Shown: one piece after another, positions 45,546-57,253 of the stretch
Layout of the letters: the number at the start of each line of letters is the position of its first letter
Position numbering within the stretch: the first letter of the stretch is position 1
DNA from: Corallochytrium limacisporum Hawaii
Lineage: Eukaryota; Protista; Pluriformea
Direction: 5' to 3'
Length of the DNA stretch: 64,000 nucleotides
Assembly: GCA_002811645.1 (NCBI GenBank)
Contig: PDIP01000073.1
Span: forward strand, 167,524 to 231,523
Notes under the pieces: model-generated
Databases searched by the model: none
Told to the model about the DNA's origin: nothing
What the model saw: the letters and a program-made list of their open reading frames with translations, nothing else
Position numbers and translations under genes: made by a program

Positions 45546-47696
45546 TTACTCATCGACCGCCATCTCCTGGACATCGTCGTCGAACTGTTGTAGGGCGGTG
45601 AGCACGCGATCACGAACGTCAATATCTGGGTCGTCCTTCATACCACGGATCTTCTCGACAACTTTCATATCGCGAAGGACCCGGATGCGTTCGGCGGATC
45701 CGGGGTCCTCTTTCCATGTAAGATTGATCACACACCACAAGGCAGCAACACGCAATTCGGGTCCTTCATGGCTGAGAGCGTCTATGACAGCCTCCAGGAT
45801 CTGCGAAGAGGGCATCAGTTGCGCCTTGTGCTCTTTGCTCACGGCCACGTTGCAGACAATGTACAGCGCCTGGAGCAGGACCTCCGGATGGTTCTTGTAC
45901 TGTAATGCACTGGCAATGGCATCAATGAATCCCTGCCCCATATTGTCGAAGATCTTTTCAATATCTGGATCCGGTCCCGATGCCATGTTTCGCAGCAGGG
46001 AGAGCCCTTGGACCTTAATCTCCGGACTCCAGTCTGTGAGCAGTGTTTGCATGGCAGTCCAGGGCAATTCACTCATGACGTAGTCCTTTGTTTCCGAGTC
46101 AGCCGAGTACAGCAGATTCTTCAGGGCCCACAGGGAGTTCAGGCGCAGTTCGTGTTGGTCACAATTGATTAGCTGTACGAGTTTCTTCACGCCACCCTGA
46201 GCAATCACCACCTTCTTCATCGGCGAGAAGTCCAGGACCAAGTTGCAGAGCGTTGCCGTGGCCGCAATCTGTACCTCAAGCGAGTCGTCATCCAGGAGCT
46301 CAATGATTGGAATGGCACACCCCGCGTCCACCAGCGCCGTCCGCAAGTTGTGCACTGACCGGCTGAGCATGCGCAGGCAGTTGCAAGCGGCAGCCCGTAC
46401 CCCAAGATGCTGGTGGCTCAGGCTCTGGACTATGGTGCTGACTACATTGGACTCAATGATTTGTTTGCGGCTTTCTTCCCTCTTGCTGCATAGGTCTGCC
46501 AGGGCGTTCAAGGCCGTAGCAGTCAATCGTGCCTCCCGTTCCGTCCACCGACGCAGGGCAGGATCGTTCTGGTCCGTGATCTCCGTACTGGTGAAATCGA
46601 TTGACATGGCATCACCTTGGCTCTTGTCCAGTAAAACATTATTCGACGCCGGTGCGGCACCCATGACCAAGCCAGACTCCAGGCGTCGGGTCTGCACCTT
46701 TGGACCGGATCCATCCTCTCCTGCTCCAAAATATTTGGCCAATTTCATAATAGCGTCCGCCTCGCAGGCAATCTGTTGCATGTTCTCACTCTCGTGAACC
46801 AAACGACCGAGTACCACCGGCGCTTTCAGTCGCACGTAAGCGTCCGTGTCGTCCAAGAGACGCACGAGAGTGGGCAGGACCTGCTGCTGCACATTCAATT
46901 CCATCTTTTGGCAGAACGGTTCGTCGAGGACGAGGTCAAGGCAGTGGAAGATTGTCAGTACCCAGCACACACGCACTCGTACCGAGCTAATGGGGTGCCT
47001 AAGCAGACTGAGCAGATGTTCCATTTGGCTCCGGTGATCGGTCAAGAACTCCAATGTATTCCCGGCATTGTTGATACACACTGCTGCGATAATGTCGAGT
47101 CCGGCTTCCACTAGCTTGCGCTTGTCCGACTGTGTCAGTTCGATGACTTTCTCGAAATGTTCATTTTTATAGACCAGGCGTTGGTGCCCACTATGGTCAA
47201 TCACTTTGCTCAGGGTTACGGCAGCGGAGTGCACTATGATCCAATTCGGTGATTCCAGTAGGAAACAGAGATGGTCAAAATCCTCCTTTTCTGCACTCAC
47301 TACGGTCCCGGGTTGCTGTTCACAAATAATCCGCAAGGTACGCGCATAGGCCTCCTGAAGGTAGCTGTCAGAGCTGCTGAGTCCGTCCAGTAGGTATCGC
47401 ACCAAAGGCGGGTACGGGCTATCTCCTTCAACTTCACCGTGCGCAAAGCTACCAACTACGATTGCGGTCTCTCGCAAAATGATTGTGTCCGTGCTGTGTG
47501 TGTTGCGAAGAATGTCTCCAAGGATGTCATAGGCGCCCTCCGACACATAGCATGCCTTTTTGGTCGGATTGCCAATGATTTCGTTTTTTATCTGTCGCAA
47601 AGCCTTGACAATTTCTGTTGGGTCCGTAACGCCCGGCTTTATTTGTCCCAGGACCGCGCGGCAGTGGGCCGCTTGCTTAGACTTTTGATCCTGCAT
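45546..47696 (-). CDS. ARMC8: Armadillo repeat-containing protein 8 (Gid5/Vid28)
   Basis: KALRQIKNEIIGNPTKK, IVVGSFAHG, VRAAACNCLRMLSRSV..LRT, TLCNLVLDFSPMK, LRLNSLWALKN and AALWCVINLTW. Confidence 0.95.
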   Translation of the reverse strand: MQDQKSKQAAHCRAVLGQIKPGVTDPTEIVKALRQIKNEIIGNPTKKACYVSEGAYDILGDILRNTHSTDTIILRETAIVVGSFAHGEVEGDSPYPPLVRYLLDGLSSSDSYLQEAYARTLRIICEQQPGTVVSAEKEDFDHLCFLLESPNWIIVHSAAVTLSKVIDHSGHQRLVYKNEHFEKVIELTQSDKRKLVEAGLDIIAAVCINNAGNTLEFLTDHRSQMEHLLSLLRHPISSVRVRVCWVLTIFHCLDLVLDEPFCQKMELNVQQQVLPTLVRLLDDTDAYVRLKAPVVLGRLVHESENMQQIACEADAIMKLAKYFGAGEDGSGPKVQTRRLESGLVMGAAPASNNVLLDKSQGDAMSIDFTSTEITDQNDPALRRWTEREARLTATALNALADLCSKREESRKQIIESNVVSTIVQSLSHQHLGVRAAACNCLRMLSRSVHNLRTALVDAGCAIPIIELLDDDSLEVQIAATATLCNLVLDFSPMKKVVIAQGGVKKLVQLINCDQHELRLNSLWALKNLLYSADSETKDYVMSELPWTAMQTLLTDWSPEIKVQGLSLLRNMASGPDPDIEKIFDNMGQGFIDAIASALQYKNHPEVLLQALYIVCNVAVSKEHKAQLMPSSQILEAVIDALSHEGPELRVAALWCVINLTWKEDPGSAERIRVLRDMKVVEKIRGMKDDPDIDVRDRVLTALQQFDDDVQEMAVDE

Positions 47697-48374
47697 TGGG
47701 AAATAGCGAGTTTAGGTCGTCTTTTCCTGCATTCTGTGCTTCGATCAGAGGCTACCTGTTCATGGAGACAAAACTTTTATCTTGCGCTAGTAACTTCTGG
47801 ATGCCATAAGCCCGGCGAATGACGCGCTCACCTTTACATGGTTTTAAGAAATATCCTCTAAGTCTCTAGTGTCATGTTTTAAATAATAGGGACCAAAAAG
47901 CTTCGGTAGCAGTGAGATGCACCGCTTAACCGTTCAAATTGGCCAGCAAATTCACGGCTACGGTCCGAACGGGCTCTCCGGGACAACCCCCTCCCCCTTG
48001 TGTGGCACACCCCGACCACCAACTATTGCTCCTTCCCTCTGAAACTACCGCGCTATCACTGGGGAGAGCGCGGAACGGGAGTGGGGCAACAAAAAAAAAA
48101 GAAAAGAGGGGGTGCAAGAATACCACTCTCTGGAGTACTATCGGGGATACTTTTTTAAGTGCCTATAAACTGATAACCTAATTAAAAGTCAATATTGGGG
48201 AACTCCGGCTGGTAATGGCAGCAGGTTGTCTCGCTTGGCCCCCCCCCCTGCCCTGGATTTTTACCCTAACTCTTCTACCATTCTCAGAACCCTTGTGCTG
48301 CTGGCCCCCCCCATCTCTTCTCTTCTTGGTCCCAAGCCTTTTTCGAAGCCGTCAGGGAGGGAGGGGGGGGGGGG

Positions 48375-48629
48375 NNNNNNNNNNNNNNNNNNNNNNNNNN
48401 NNNNNNNNNNNNNNNNNNNNNNNNNNNNNNNNNNNNNNNNNNNNNNNNNNNNNNNNNNNNNNNNNNNNNNNNNNNNNNNNNNNNNNNNNNNNNNNNNNNN
48501 NNNNNNNNNNNNNNNNNNNNNNNNNNNNNNNNNNNNNNNNNNNNNNNNNNNNNNNNNNNNNNNNNNNNNNNNNNNNNNNNNNNNNNNNNNNNNNNNNNNN
48601 NNNNNNNNNNNNNNNNNNNNNNNNNNNNN
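48375..48629. other. Assembly gap flanked by poly-G on both sides
   Basis: N run. Confidence 1.
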
Positions 48630-50736
48630 GGGGGGGGGGGCGCCGACCTTTGCAACCTTCCACCACCACAAAAACTTTAATTAGAAAAAAAAATCTTTTG
48701 TGGTAATTATGGTCATTTTTGTGTTCCCCTTTCTTTCCTCCAAGGTTGGTGGCCAAGGAGCGAAGGACCAGTGGGCAAATTATTAGGGAGCGAAACGGAA
48801 GGGAGAGAGAGAGCCCGTGCAAAAGGCAACCAAAAAAATTCCTGTTGAGTGTGGCACACACGCGCACACACACATACCCGTTCCGTGCAACCAGCGTTAA
48901 AAGGCTTTGAACGTATGGCGCACGGCACGTGCCCGTGGGCCGTGTTCCGCGTTCCTGCTCTCCGAGAGAGAAGGGTGAGTGGCTCTCGCGTACGAAGCAA
49001 TCAGAATCGGAGAAAACAGAACAGAAAAACTCGGACTTCTGAAGGTCATTATTTCAGTACTGCCAACCGCAGCGACGGAGCCGACGAGAGGTTCCAAAAT
49101 TAGAAGAGAATCAAGAATATTACAAATCGAAGGAAACGTTCTTGCGTTCCGAAGGGCGGAGGGAGGAGGCGGAAAATGGATAGGTGCCTGGATGAGTTAT
49201 TTAGTACCCATATTTACGCAATATGTCAGATATTATGTGATCTCGAATAAGAACAATGGAATGTGAAAAGGACCTATCCATTATGTCCGCGCAATCGGGG
49301 CAGCTCGCGATTCTCTCTCCCTTCCCGGTGTCCTGCTCCACTCTCGGCCTTGTGACCACCAACCACCCCCCCCCTCCCCTTCCCCCGGGCCCTGTTTTTC
49401 CCTTTTTTTTTCATTTCTTTTTCATTGTATTCTACCCTTTCTTCCCCTTTTTTCTTGATTGTGTTTGGGCCTAAAAAAGGGAACCCCGGGTCCCTCTTTC
49501 CCTGGTGTGAGCCCCCTACGCTCCGTGCCAAAGTTTTTTTGTTCCTTTGGCTTTCCTTTTTTTAATTGACCATCGTCGCGCTACCTGCCCAGCAAACAGA
49601 GGTGAAGAGAAGGGGGGGGCACGCGAGGGTGTTCCACAGTGGGGAGACGTAGTATCGTTGTTCCTGGCTGCAGTTAGTACTGGCACAAGGAAAGAGACCA
49701 AAATGCAACAGACGCAGGTGGCAAAAGGAACCGGAAGGCAGCTGAGCCCAAAAAAAAACAAAAAGAAAATGCCGGGCCTCTCTCGTTTTGCTTCGGCTTC
49801 GTCTCTACCGTACCTACTCTACCCACTTTTACTTTTTTCTCTCTGCACTGGGGCAACCTCACCTCCTTCTCCCCCCGAACTTTTTCTCTTGGTGCCCACC
49901 AATACTTCCATTGAAAAATATGGACAAACCAATGCGGCCATACTACTGCAAAACTATAACAAACGCAGAGAGAGAGAGAGGAGAAGATGAGAGAGCGAGA
50001 GAGCACGTAAAAGAAAGCAAAAAAAAACTGCTGAGGTCATTTTCCCCAAGTGCTTCGACGTCTCTTTCATCCGCTCCCCTCTCTCTCTCTCCACTACGCC
50101 GCCCGGGGGGGAGGGCCGGGAGAAGAGGAAAAAAAAAGGGAAGAAGGGAAGCGAAGGGAGGGGCTGTGTGGATGATACCATCCGCTTTACCACAAGAACT
50201 CTTTCACAAGGAACTTCGCGATTCCACCTCTCCCTCTCTCAAACTCTGCCATTTCAAAAAATTAAAACACGAAACAGAATCCCCAGCGCAGGAGGAGGAG
50301 TATGCGTACGTGTGTGGCTGGCAGTTTGCCACTTGGGTTTTTTTGAAACTCCACTATCTCGCCGATAGCGCAACTGCCATTTTTTCTCTTCGTTTTTATT
50401 TGGCACTCAAAGCCCTGGCTATCCGTATATACTGGGTGAACGAAGGGCCTGCATTCATATTGCGAAATTGTTGCAGCCGCGAACGCCTTGTTGCAGTCCG
50501 TGGGCCTCCACCTGAAACCCCTCACATGTGTTTACATTAGGCCACCAGTTTTATATACTTAATAAATGAACAATTTATTTCATCGGCTACGATTGTCTCT
50601 ACACAATGTTGTGCATAAACCGCAGCGCTACCAGCTCAAGGCTCGGTGGGCGCAAGCACGGCTCGACCACCGTGGCGAGCTGTTATGGTATGCCCTACAA
50701 ATCGTCCCCAGAATTCTATATCCAATATGCGATGTT

Positions 50737-51239
50737 NNNNNNNNNNNNNNNNNNNNNNNNNNNNNNNNNNNNNNNNNNNNNNNNNNNNNNNNNNNNNNNN
50801 NNNNNNNNNNNNNNNNNNNNNNNNNNNNNNNNNNNNNNNNNNNNNNNNNNNNNNNNNNNNNNNNNNNNNNNNNNNNNNNNNNNNNNNNNNNNNNNNNNNN
50901 NNNNNNNNNNNNNNNNNNNNNNNNNNNNNNNNNNNNNNNNNNNNNNNNNNNNNNNNNNNNNNNNNNNNNNNNNNNNNNNNNNNNNNNNNNNNNNNNNNNN
51001 NNNNNNNNNNNNNNNNNNNNNNNNNNNNNNNNNNNNNNNNNNNNNNNNNNNNNNNNNNNNNNNNNNNNNNNNNNNNNNNNNNNNNNNNNNNNNNNNNNNN
51101 NNNNNNNNNNNNNNNNNNNNNNNNNNNNNNNNNNNNNNNNNNNNNNNNNNNNNNNNNNNNNNNNNNNNNNNNNNNNNNNNNNNNNNNNNNNNNNNNNNNN
51201 NNNNNNNNNNNNNNNNNNNNNNNNNNNNNNNNNNNNNNN
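50737..51239. other. Assembly gap
   Basis: N run. Confidence 1.
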
Positions 51240-52206
51240 CTTCCCAAGCCTCCGGGAGGGAGACTCGCATCATTTTCCCTTTTGCTTTTTTTCGTTCTAA
51301 AAAGAAACTCTCTCTCTCTCTCTGAGCTCTTTCTCCTTTTCCTTTTTTTTTTGTTTTTTTTTTACGCAATGCCTGCCCACTTTTTTAACTTTCCTTCTTT
51401 TTTATCGATGGTGTCCCCTCCTCTCCCCCTTCCCTCTCTCTCTCTCTCTCTCTCTGTGTCTGTGTGCCTGAGCCGTAGAATGACTTTTGTATGGTGCCTC
51501 TGGCAGCTATGACAGAGCTATAGCCGTACGGACGGGAGAGAGAGAGAGGGGAGGGGGGGGGGCGGGACGGACCAAAGAGGGGAAAAAAAAAATAGAAAAA
51601 GCCAAAAAAAAGTCTCAATGGCCCGAAACACACCGAACCAAAAAAAAAAAAAAGGTTTACGAAAGCTCCCCGTTTCGCCTCCCTGGCGCTCCGTTTGCAA
51701 AGTCGGACTTGGGAGGGGGGGATTGGCTTTCTCGCTCGTCTGCGGCCTCGTCCGGTGCTGGTGATCCTGCACATTGCGTGGACAAACAAGACGATGGAGA
51801 ACCGCGGAGATGCTGGCTGATGTGGGTCAGTGGATTGGCAAGTGTTCCAAAGGAAGCTCTCCTTCTTCATAGTGCCTGCAGAAAGTTTGTGGTTGAATGT
51901 TTTATTGCTGCTCGCAAGAGACAGGATGTTATGCGCATAAATATTCTTTCATTGCTCGTGCGTCGACGGCTACAAAAACATGGCCCCTTTTAAGAGCGGT
52001 AAGCCTTCAATGAGTGATATGTATTACTACCAGTTCCGAGGTCCTCTGATGGGATGTACTTTGAGGACCAAGCAAAAGATCACAGCTAAAGAGAATTCTA
52101 TTTCAATAGCAGCAATTATGGCGGGATAGAGAAACTGGGAGGAGTTTTGTTCACAATTTAGCCGCAAACAGGAAAGCCGCCGTCACCTTGACACCTCCGA
52201 CATAGA

Positions 52207-54084
52207 ATGGCGAACGCTATTTTCGCCCATAATGCCAGGGCATCGGTGAAGCGGAGAACACACCCACCGGTACCGCCCCTGCGTCTTGATGAAACGTACG
52301 GCACGAATCAAAACCAAGGCCAACATGCGGCAGCCTGTAGCGTGAGTCCGCGGGACACAGGCAAGGGCCGCGTTGCGCAATCACCGGGATGGTCCATTCC
52401 TTCGGCCTCGAGATCGATTAGCACAGGTTCCGAGCCCTCGGTGCTGCCGAGTCCCAGGCGCACACCGTCCGTGATATCTCAAAGTGCGAGATCACTACGT
52501 ATTGGACAGTATGAATTGGGTGAGACACTGGGCGTTGGATCCTTCGGCAAAGTCAAACTAGCAAAGCATGCCCAGACCCAACACGAGGTGGCGATAAAGA
52601 TTTTGAGCAAGGATCAGATTGTTGCGAGGGACATGCAGCAGAAAATCCAACGCGAAATCCAGAATCTAAAACTGTTCAGACACCCTCATATTATCAAGTT
52701 CTACGAAGTCATCGCGACACCGAATGATATCTTTATGGTCATGGAGTATGTCAATGGTGGAGAACTGTTTGATTACATCGTTGCCAATGGCAAGATGGAA
52801 GAGCAGGAAGCACGGAAAATCTTCCAGCAGATTGTTAGTGGCGTGGACTACTGCCACCGGCACCAGGTTGTGCATAGGGACCTGAAGCCAGAGAATCTGC
52901 TTCTCGACCACAACAATAATGTCAAGATTGCCGATTTCGGCCTGAGCTGTGTCTTAGAAGATGGCAACTTCCTGAAAACTAGCTGTGGCAGTCCCAACTA
53001 CGCAGCACCGGAAATCATCGCTGGCAATGCGTACGCCGGCCCGGAGGTCGACATCTGGAGCTGTGGTGTCATTCTCTACGCCCTCCTCTGCGCCAAGCTT
53101 CCATTCGATGATCCCTATATTCCGAATCTCTTCAAAAAGATTCGTTGTGGCCAGTTTTCCATTCCGGATCACATTGGTTCCGGCCCGCGTGATTTGCTGT
53201 GCAAGATGCTAGTGGTTGACCCTCTTAAACGCGCTACCATGGCTGATGTCAGGGATCATTGGTGGTTCAAGGTGGATCTCCCTGAAAACCTTTTCCCGGA
53301 CGTCCTGCCCAATTCTCTTGAGCCGGACGAAGACATTGTGACCAAGGAGAGCATCCTGCTCGGTGTACCCAAGGAGGATATCCTGATCGCGCTGAGGAAC
53401 GGCCCGGCCAACGATCCGCTGACCGTGGCCTATAATCTCATTTTTGACAACACCCACGCCCACGGCAGACCGTCGGAGAAGCCCAAAACGCACCGTGAAG
53501 AAATGATCCGGCGAGTGCGCAAGGCCTCAATCGCCTCCGAGGGCGGTCCCCACAGCGTCCCAGCCAGTCCTCTGCGTGTCGCTCCCAATGGTAACAACAA
53601 CCTTAGCCGGAGCATGAACGATGGTTCACGCAGCGCCCGGCGGCGCCTCGACTCCACGTCTTCGACAAGTTCAACGTCCCATTCCGGGCGACGCCACAGG
53701 GGCCGCTGGCACTTGGGCATCCGATCTAAGAATAGTCCGCAAGCCATTATGACGGAGATCCTACATGCCCTCAAAGCCATTGACATCGAATGGAAGAAGA
53801 TTAGAGATCCGTTCACCATTCATTGTCGTGCCAGACTTCCAGAACCGGTCCGCAAAGGGTGCCACGCCGACTGTCTGGCCGAGGAAGAATTTACGTACTT
53901 CACGCTCCAGCTCTACAGCCTGCGCGAATCCCACTACCTTCTCGACTTTTGCGCGAAGACTACAAATGCGTTGAACGGCAAGGATCAGTTCGGTCAACCC
54001 GTCAAGCTCATGTCAATGGATGTACATGTCATTCGTTTCCAGGAGGTAATGACCCAGCTGATTACGGAACTGTCCAGTGGATGA
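52207..54084 (+). CDS. SNF1: AMP-activated protein kinase catalytic alpha subunit (Snf1/PRKAA)
   Basis: LGVGSFGKVK, REIQNLKLFRHPHIIK, HRDLKPEN, DFGLS...FLKTSCGSPNYAAPE, AID (DPLTVAYNLI.DN) and C-terminal RWHLGIRS...LQLY...YLLDF. Confidence 0.97.
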   Translation: MANAIFAHNARASVKRRTHPPVPPLRLDETYGTNQNQGQHAAACSVSPRDTGKGRVAQSPGWSIPSASRSISTGSEPSVLPSPRRTPSVISQSARSLRIGQYELGETLGVGSFGKVKLAKHAQTQHEVAIKILSKDQIVARDMQQKIQREIQNLKLFRHPHIIKFYEVIATPNDIFMVMEYVNGGELFDYIVANGKMEEQEARKIFQQIVSGVDYCHRHQVVHRDLKPENLLLDHNNNVKIADFGLSCVLEDGNFLKTSCGSPNYAAPEIIAGNAYAGPEVDIWSCGVILYALLCAKLPFDDPYIPNLFKKIRCGQFSIPDHIGSGPRDLLCKMLVVDPLKRATMADVRDHWWFKVDLPENLFPDVLPNSLEPDEDIVTKESILLGVPKEDILIALRNGPANDPLTVAYNLIFDNTHAHGRPSEKPKTHREEMIRRVRKASIASEGGPHSVPASPLRVAPNGNNNLSRSMNDGSRSARRRLDSTSSTSSTSHSGRRHRGRWHLGIRSKNSPQAIMTEILHALKAIDIEWKKIRDPFTIHCRARLPEPVRKGCHADCLAEEEFTYFTLQLYSLRESHYLLDFCAKTTNALNGKDQFGQPVKLMSMDVHVIRFQEVMTQLITELSSG

Positions 54085-54734
54085 AGCCAAGTGTTGCCCA
54101 TTTAATCAAAGATTCTAGTTATCCTATTGGCATTGTCTTGTCATGTTATCATTATAGTCATATTCTCAAATCATGAGGACGCCTCCTGTGACGTATCAGT
54201 GTCCCGAATAAGATCACCATGTTGCTACTTAAGAAAAACTACGAATTTGTTTATTGGTGCAATAAGTGTAGCATTCGCGAGACAGAAAGTGTACAAAGAA
54301 TTTCTGCAACTAGAGGATGGGTATGACACACGGATGGCTCTCGCCTGATGTCTTCACTGTGGTCATACATTGGACGTTACGCGACAAACCATCAGATTTT
54401 TCGAGTATTACAAATCACTGCACTTGGCTCAGCCAATGTAGGTAAGTAAATCGAAATCATCATAAGGAAACGCTACAAGCCAAGTTGCCACAGACGTCAT
54501 CGCCTGTCATACCCGACCATAGTCTATCGTGTGCGGAAATCCTCGCAAAATGCCCACCATTAATCATGCTCTGTGTTTGATTTGCAGTATGATGTTAAAT
54601 ATGATGTCATGCAATTGAAGTTGTGATTAACCCCGTGTTATGTGTTTGAGTTTTGGTTTGTTGATGTTGAACTAAAAAGAAATTGTGCGGCACATGATGA
54701 TATGAAAGTAAAAACCCGATACCCAGACACAAAT

Positions 54735-55196
54735 TTACTTCTTCTTCGTCACACCGACAGTGCGGCCACGGCGACCAGTGGTCTTAGTGTGCTGACCACG
54801 GACACGGATACCGAGGTAGTGGCGAATACCACGGTGGGCACGCATCTTTTTCAGGCGCTCCAAATCCTCACGGAGCTTGTTATCCAGCTGGTTAGCCAAC
54901 AGCTGAGAGAACTTACCGTCCTTGATGTCACGCTGCCTGTTGAGGAAGTAGTCAGGGATCTTGTACTGGCGGGGGTTCTGCATAATGGTGACAACGCGCT
55001 CGATCTCCTCCTCAGTGAGCTCGCCGGCGCGCTTGTTCAAATCGACATCAGCCTTCTTGCACACCAAGTTAGAGTAGCGACGACCGCAGCCCTTGATAGC
55101 AGTCAGGGCGAACATGATCTTGACACGTCCATCAACGTTAGTGTTGAGGATACGCAGAATATGCTGGAACTTCTCAGGGACCATAAGAGCCGACAT
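54735..55196 (-). CDS. RPS18: 40S ribosomal protein uS13 (S18)
   Basis: [39 protein letters not shown] and [28 protein letters not shown]. Confidence 0.99.
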   Translation of the reverse strand: MSALMVPEKFQHILRILNTNVDGRVKIMFALTAIKGCGRRYSNLVCKKADVDLNKRAGELTEEEIERVVTIMQNPRQYKIPDYFLNRQRDIKDGKFSQLLANQLDNKLREDLERLKKMRAHRGIRHYLGIRVRGQHTKTTGRRGRTVGVTKKK

Positions 55197-55344
55197 GATT
55201 GCTGATTAATTTCCGAAACCGTAATTAACCCGATATGTAACCAGAGCTTGTCCAGAAGTTCACAGAGCAGCCTTGATTCGCCACTTAAATAGCAAGACTT
55301 AACAATTATAAGAATGCATGACGCTACAGTACAAACTAATTCTT

Positions 55345-55523
55345 TTCCAGAGGAGGACAGCCTCCCTGTGCCACGGCTCCACAGGGCCGCGATCCTTTGG
55401 CAATTGATACAACACAAGACTGGTGGAAATGTACTGCATGGGCCGAAGGCTCTGTGTATACAATGGTCCCCCAGCGTGTTCCGGGCCCATAGTTTTACTA
55501 TGATAGCAGTACATTGCACATTA
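55345..55523 (+). ncRNA. Candidate structured RNA with hairpin-hinge-hairpin-ACA (H/ACA-like) layout
   Basis: Hairpin A: CCAGAGGA/TCCTTTGG lower stem and CCCTGTG/CACAGGG upper stem around an internal loop. Hinge contains ATACAA (ANANNA). Hairpin B: AATGTACTGC/GCAGTACATT plus ATGGGCC/GGCCCAT, followed by ACA-TTA. No target identified. Confidence 0.35.
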
Positions 55524-55861
55524 CCCGAGTAGCGGCCTTGGTTCCTATATTGAATGTACTTGAATGTCCTTGGGCCCCTTCGCTCATTTGAGGGGAAAAA
55601 GGGGGAAATATCTCACTTGACCAATTTTTCACCAGAATTTTTTTTCAATGTTTGTGTGTGTTTTTCCCGGATTTGTGTGTGTTTCCGCGGGGAGGGGGTG
55701 GAGAAAGCGGGCGGCGCCGGACAGCGAGTCTCTCACATTGCGCAGGTATCTTGGTGGCCAGTCACACGTGGTTTTGGATGCACGTCAAAATATTCCCTGT
55801 CCGTCTTACGACCGATCGGTGAAAAAATTCACGTCCGTCCCGATGGAATCGGAAGGAGAGA

Positions 55862-57253
55862 ATGGATAAAGAAGAACGGTTCTACGAATGGTTAAAGAAT
55901 CGAGGATGTAAGGACTTTCCAGGCAGACTGGTGCTGCGAGAATTTCCGGTCACTGGTCGTGGGCTGAGCGCACAGGTACCCATTGACATCTCAGAATCAA
56001 TTGTAAACATACCTCAGAGTGCTGTGGTCAGCATTCGCGGACTGCAAGAAGCTGATGTCGAGTTGTATGGACATCCCTTGCAGGGCCTGGAGCCCCTCCA
56101 GGTCTGGCTGCTAATGGAAATGTTCTTGCGCCCACAGTCCGATTCTCAACAGCCATCTGTATGGCAGCCATGGCTAGACATGTACCCGGACCCTTCTGAT
56201 TTTGTTTCGATGCCAGTTTCCTTCAGTGATCAACAGATTGCCGGCCTGGCTTTAGAGTTCCAAGGGCCAGCCAAAGAACACCGTAAGTTCTATCTTGACC
56301 AGGTTCCTCGGCTGGTCCGAGCACTATCCAAGCGGTTCCCCCTGGAACTGGTCAGGAAGTGCGTTGAAGAGCATGGTGTGTACGTGTTTTGCTGCGTCAA
56401 CAGTCGGTGCGTGTTTACGGGGGTTCGGAATGGATACGATGACTTCGGGCTGGTTCCGGGCTTCGACATGCTAAATATGGATCCACAGGTATCGATGGAT
56501 AAAGGCATCGGATGGGGGACAAGCCCAGGGAATGGAGAGACGACCTTCCAAGTGTTTGTTAGTAACCGCATGTACTCGGTTGGAGATCAAGTCTTCATTA
56601 ACTACAGTAACGGCCGGGACGACTGGGAACTGATTAAGGAGTACGGTTTCGCCCTTGGACCGCACTTAAATCCGACCGCACTTGAGGTGCAATTGAACGA
56701 ACCGCATTGGAATATTTTTATCGAGGCATTCCTTGAACTGACTTGGGGTCTCGAGACTGTGAGGTCTGAGTACGTCGATATCACCAAGTGGGAAGACGAC
56801 CTGATGGAGCAGGTGTTTGTACCAGGCTCAATTCCAGGAAGGGGCCGGTACAACAGTTTGTTTCGTGTGGTAGCTTCGGAGGAAGAGCCAGTGCCTTGGC
56901 AGCTGGAAGGTGTTATGACCGTCCTGTCTATGTGTATCACAATGACTTCAGTCCGTATGGACCATCTGGCGCAAGCAATGTGGACTGGAATCGACAGCGA
57001 GAATCTGGTGACCGCCCGTGCCAACTGCACCGTGGGGAAAGATTGCTGTCCGTTGCAAGCATTGCTGCACAGCCTTCAGGAATCCCTTGATTTCCTGTCA
57101 AAAGTCAACCATGAGGAGCATGTCTCCAAAGTTGCCCTAAATGTTGAAACGGAGCATATCCTTAAGGGCAGTGTAAGAGGCCTTCACGACGTTTTGAGGC
57201 GCTACAGCTGTATCACTCAGCAGCAATCAGATCCTGGGCGCGGGAGGAAGTGA
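55862..57253 (+). CDS. SET-domain lysine methyltransferase of the Rubisco-LSMT/SETD4/Rkm class
   Basis: F..WL...G start, FPVTGRGL, S.WQPWLD..P, VNSRCV, LVPGFDMLN and GDQVFINY...D..L..EYGF. Confidence 0.88.
   Translation: MDKEERFYEWLKNRGCKDFPGRLVLREFPVTGRGLSAQVPIDISESIVNIPQSAVVSIRGLQEADVELYGHPLQGLEPLQVWLLMEMFLRPQSDSQQPSVWQPWLDMYPDPSDFVSMPVSFSDQQIAGLALEFQGPAKEHRKFYLDQVPRLVRALSKRFPLELVRKCVEEHGVYVFCCVNSRCVFTGVRNGYDDFGLVPGFDMLNMDPQVSMDKGIGWGTSPGNGETTFQVFVSNRMYSVGDQVFINYSNGRDDWELIKEYGFALGPHLNPTALEVQLNEPHWNIFIEAFLELTWGLETVRSEYVDITKWEDDLMEQVFVPGSIPGRGRYNSLFRVVASEEEPVPWQLEGVMTVLSMCITMTSVRMDHLAQAMWTGIDSENLVTARANCTVGKDCCPLQALLHSLQESLDFLSKVNHEEHVSKVALNVETEHILKGSVRGLHDVLRRYSCITQQQSDPGRGRK

Noticed and set aside
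47700-52200. Long ORFs spanning N runs
   Set aside because: They are open only because N codons contain no stops.
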